A DNA stretch of 64,000 nt from the human T2T-CHM13v2.0 reference genome, Homo sapiens: the NCBI RefSeq assembly GCF_009914755.1, contig NC_060927.1; one strand, written 5' to 3'. Below the pieces are notes generated by a model. That model searched no databases. It worked only from the letters and a program-made list of their open reading frames with translations, and was not told where the DNA came from. How positions within the stretch are numbered: position 1 is the stretch's first letter; each line of letters begins with the position of its first letter. Below, piece after piece: positions 60,668 to 64,000 of the stretch. Position numbers and translations under genes: made by a program.

Positions 60668-61250
60668 GCCAAGAATAAGGTTACGTTTATTATAACCAAA
60701 ATTGACTATGTTTTCTGCCATCCCTTTACCAAAAATTATATCCAAATTAACACTACATACCATATAACAAATTTCTTCCCAAAAATCACGTAGCTCTATC
60801 AAATACTTAATACTGCTAGTAAATCTCATATATTCATGCTTTTAAATCAAATAAGGGTACTATGGTCTGAACACTTTCAGAATTAAGCCATGTATGAACT
60901 GAAGTCTTACATACACATGCATACATCTGTAAAGTAATGAGAGCTACACGTAAGCAGGAGCCAATTATTCACAGATGGTCACATTTTTCCTCAGATGGTC
61001 AAATAAGGCTTATTGAGACTCTTTCAAGATCAAAATGTTAGACTGTTGGAATGAAAGCTCCAAGAAATGCAAATACTATGTCTGAACACAGCTAAGCAGG
61101 AAAATACAATTAATGCAACAGAAATACTTGAAAGTCACAGGCTTTGAGGACTTTACATTGCAATGTTCAAACTGAGCTTCTCCTTAGCCTGTTACCTTAC
61201 TTTCAATTATGTCTAGCAGTCCCCAGTCCTTCAGAACTTAACAGCCACTG

Positions 61251-61269
61251 GAGAGAGAGAGAGAGAGAG

Positions 61270-61306
<37 letters not shown>
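61251..61306. repeat. (GA)n(GT)n compound microsatellite
   Basis: Directly visible. Confidence 0.95.
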
Positions 61307-61314
<8 letters not shown>

Positions 61315-61730
61315 ATGAGAGACAGAGACAGAGGCAGTGAGAGACAGACAGATGAGAGAGGGAGAGAGGGAAATGAATAGCCAAACACATGGAAAACTGT
61401 CCTTCTTGAAATTGGCACACTGGACCTTTCAAGTACAAAGAAAAATTTGAACGTTGCAGCTTAAAATTCAGTTAAGAGAATTAAAAAGCAAGTCATAAAT
61501 GCCACATTTTTCCTCAATAAAAAGTTTTGACTACTGTGTTTATCTGTTGTCTTGAGTAACTTATTCATGAAGCTCTCCTATTCTTCCCCAAGACCATTTT
61601 GAAGAAAGAAAATACAGGTTGTTCTTGCTTTGTAAGCAAGAAAAAAAAAAATATTGTATATTTTTTTGTCCCTAGGAAGCTGCTTAGTTGGCAGCAGAAA
61701 AGAGACAGGACAGTTTGGTAAGAACAGTTA

Positions 61731-62250
<520 letters not shown>

Positions 62251-62487
62251 AGCTGGTCCTTGAGTTCACTTTGTTAACAAGGCAGATAAAACAATTTCTA
62301 TGCATCTCTCCCACCCCATCCCATTTTTGGCAGAATATAACAAGAACAAAAAGTAATGGACTTCACAGGTTTAAGAAAAGGAATATATGCCATTGTTTTC
62401 TTAGTTTTTTTTTTAAGTTTTCAAATTTTAATATGGGTTTTTAAACGTATTATAAACTTCTGTGGGGCTTTTAAAAACCTGTACCTA

Positions 62488-62821
<334 letters not shown>

Positions 62822-64000
62822 TTAGCAGGTCTCAGGTCTCAATTTCCCATTTTCAGATGGCAGGCCTGTTTTTAAAGGACCAATTCATACTTTAAAATAT
62901 GTGTACACACACACACACATACTTACACACACAGAGACATACAGAAAGACTATATATTTTTTGAAGCACCATTTCACATCTACCAACAAGAAAAATAACA
63001 AATTCATATTCTCATTATAATTCTGTTATGAAGGATAATAATGAAATATACAATGCCATATTTAAAATATAAATGCTATCAGTAAATGAAAATACTGACA
63101 GAGCTTAAATCTCTGTTCAGAAATATTTTTAAAGTAAGGCTCAAATAAACGTGTAGATTACAAACACTATTTCCTGATCAATCCTAATATTTAAATGAAT
63201 GCAAAAGAATTTATTTCAAGACCAAATAAATAGAATGAAGAGAGAATACTAAATTAAACTCAGCTGATGAAACATCCATTGTTAACTGCACCCATGCAAA
63301 ACTCCACAATACAACTAACTGCTTTTACCCTTATGACCCGATGCAAAATGCAAGCACAAAACGGAGAATATGTATGTACTTAACTTTTTAGCTTTCTATA
63401 TTTACGGCTAAATAATTGTCTAAGGAAGACCTTTGCTTTAAATAATCTTGGCACATTAAAGGGTAACACAGCTCCCTAATTTGAAGAACAAGACATAAAA
63501 TTCAGATAATTTATGCATTGTTATAATTTAGAAAGAAGCCTGTATCTAAACCAAACTTTGAGAATAAAGGCTGATTGCTTTTATTTATTTGCTAACTGCT
63601 TGACTTTAACTACGGACATTAAACTCAACATCAGTTCAACATCTGTCATAGGTAAGAAGCTGTTCTAGATGCTGACATTAGCCAGCACTTGATTATGAGC
63701 CACTGTGTTTTATCAAGCTGCCTATATTTTTCAGTAGCAACTTACCTACATATTCCATAAGTTATCAACAATCAAGTTTAAAGTCTAGGCTCCCTCCTAC
63801 TACCCAGTACATGACAAGATGATCTCCCCCAATTTCCAGCTAATTAGTATTTAGGAAATATCAACTTGGAAATGTAAATCTACTTGGAAAATAAAAAAGT
63901 ACACCATGCAGTTGAAAACGAAAGATAACTTGTTTTCTGACAACCCAGTATCTGCATCTGACATGGCTTCCCTACATTCAGAAGATAACTGAAAACTGAT

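Noticed and set aside
59480-60695. Two similar plus-strand ORFs (MLLFKRI...) resembling paralogous small proteins
   Set aside because: A by-product of the 233-bp duplication; TTG starts, antisense to the UTR, and most differences change the amino acid.

Overview
Primate (very likely human) genomic DNA, rich in Alu, L1, MER and LTR repeats. Positions ~2165-38750 hold the 3' half of SIDT1 (SID-1 transmembrane family member 1) on the + strand. I reconstructed 16 GT-AG coding exons (1483 nt) that splice in frame to the TGA at 36870-36872, plus an optional 15-nt microexon. A repeat-dense intergenic stretch follows, containing a truncated 7SL pseudogene and nested L1/Charlie/Tigger/Alu elements. 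From ~57555 to the end lies the long 3' UTR of a convergent minus-strand gene, assigned to USF3/KIAA2018 from recalled synteny. Almost all entries in the ORF track are repeat-derived or random. I found no clearly new multi-gene system. The best leads are: (1) three frame-preserving splice options in SIDT1 cytosolic loops (a microexon with a UGC motif, a NAGNAG acceptor, and a stop-free 90-nt intron encoding an Arg-rich peptide); (2) an apparent Tyr-to-Cys codon relative to the SIDT1 sequence I recall; (3) a probable SIDT1 poly(A) signal inside an Alu A-tail; (4) an 83-nt coding-like insert in a 3' UTR Alu that appears to copy USF3's own CDS; (5) a 233-bp duplication in that UTR; (6) several tail-less insertions and deletion scars. 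Exon boundaries were counted by hand; repeat boundaries and subfamily calls are approximate.
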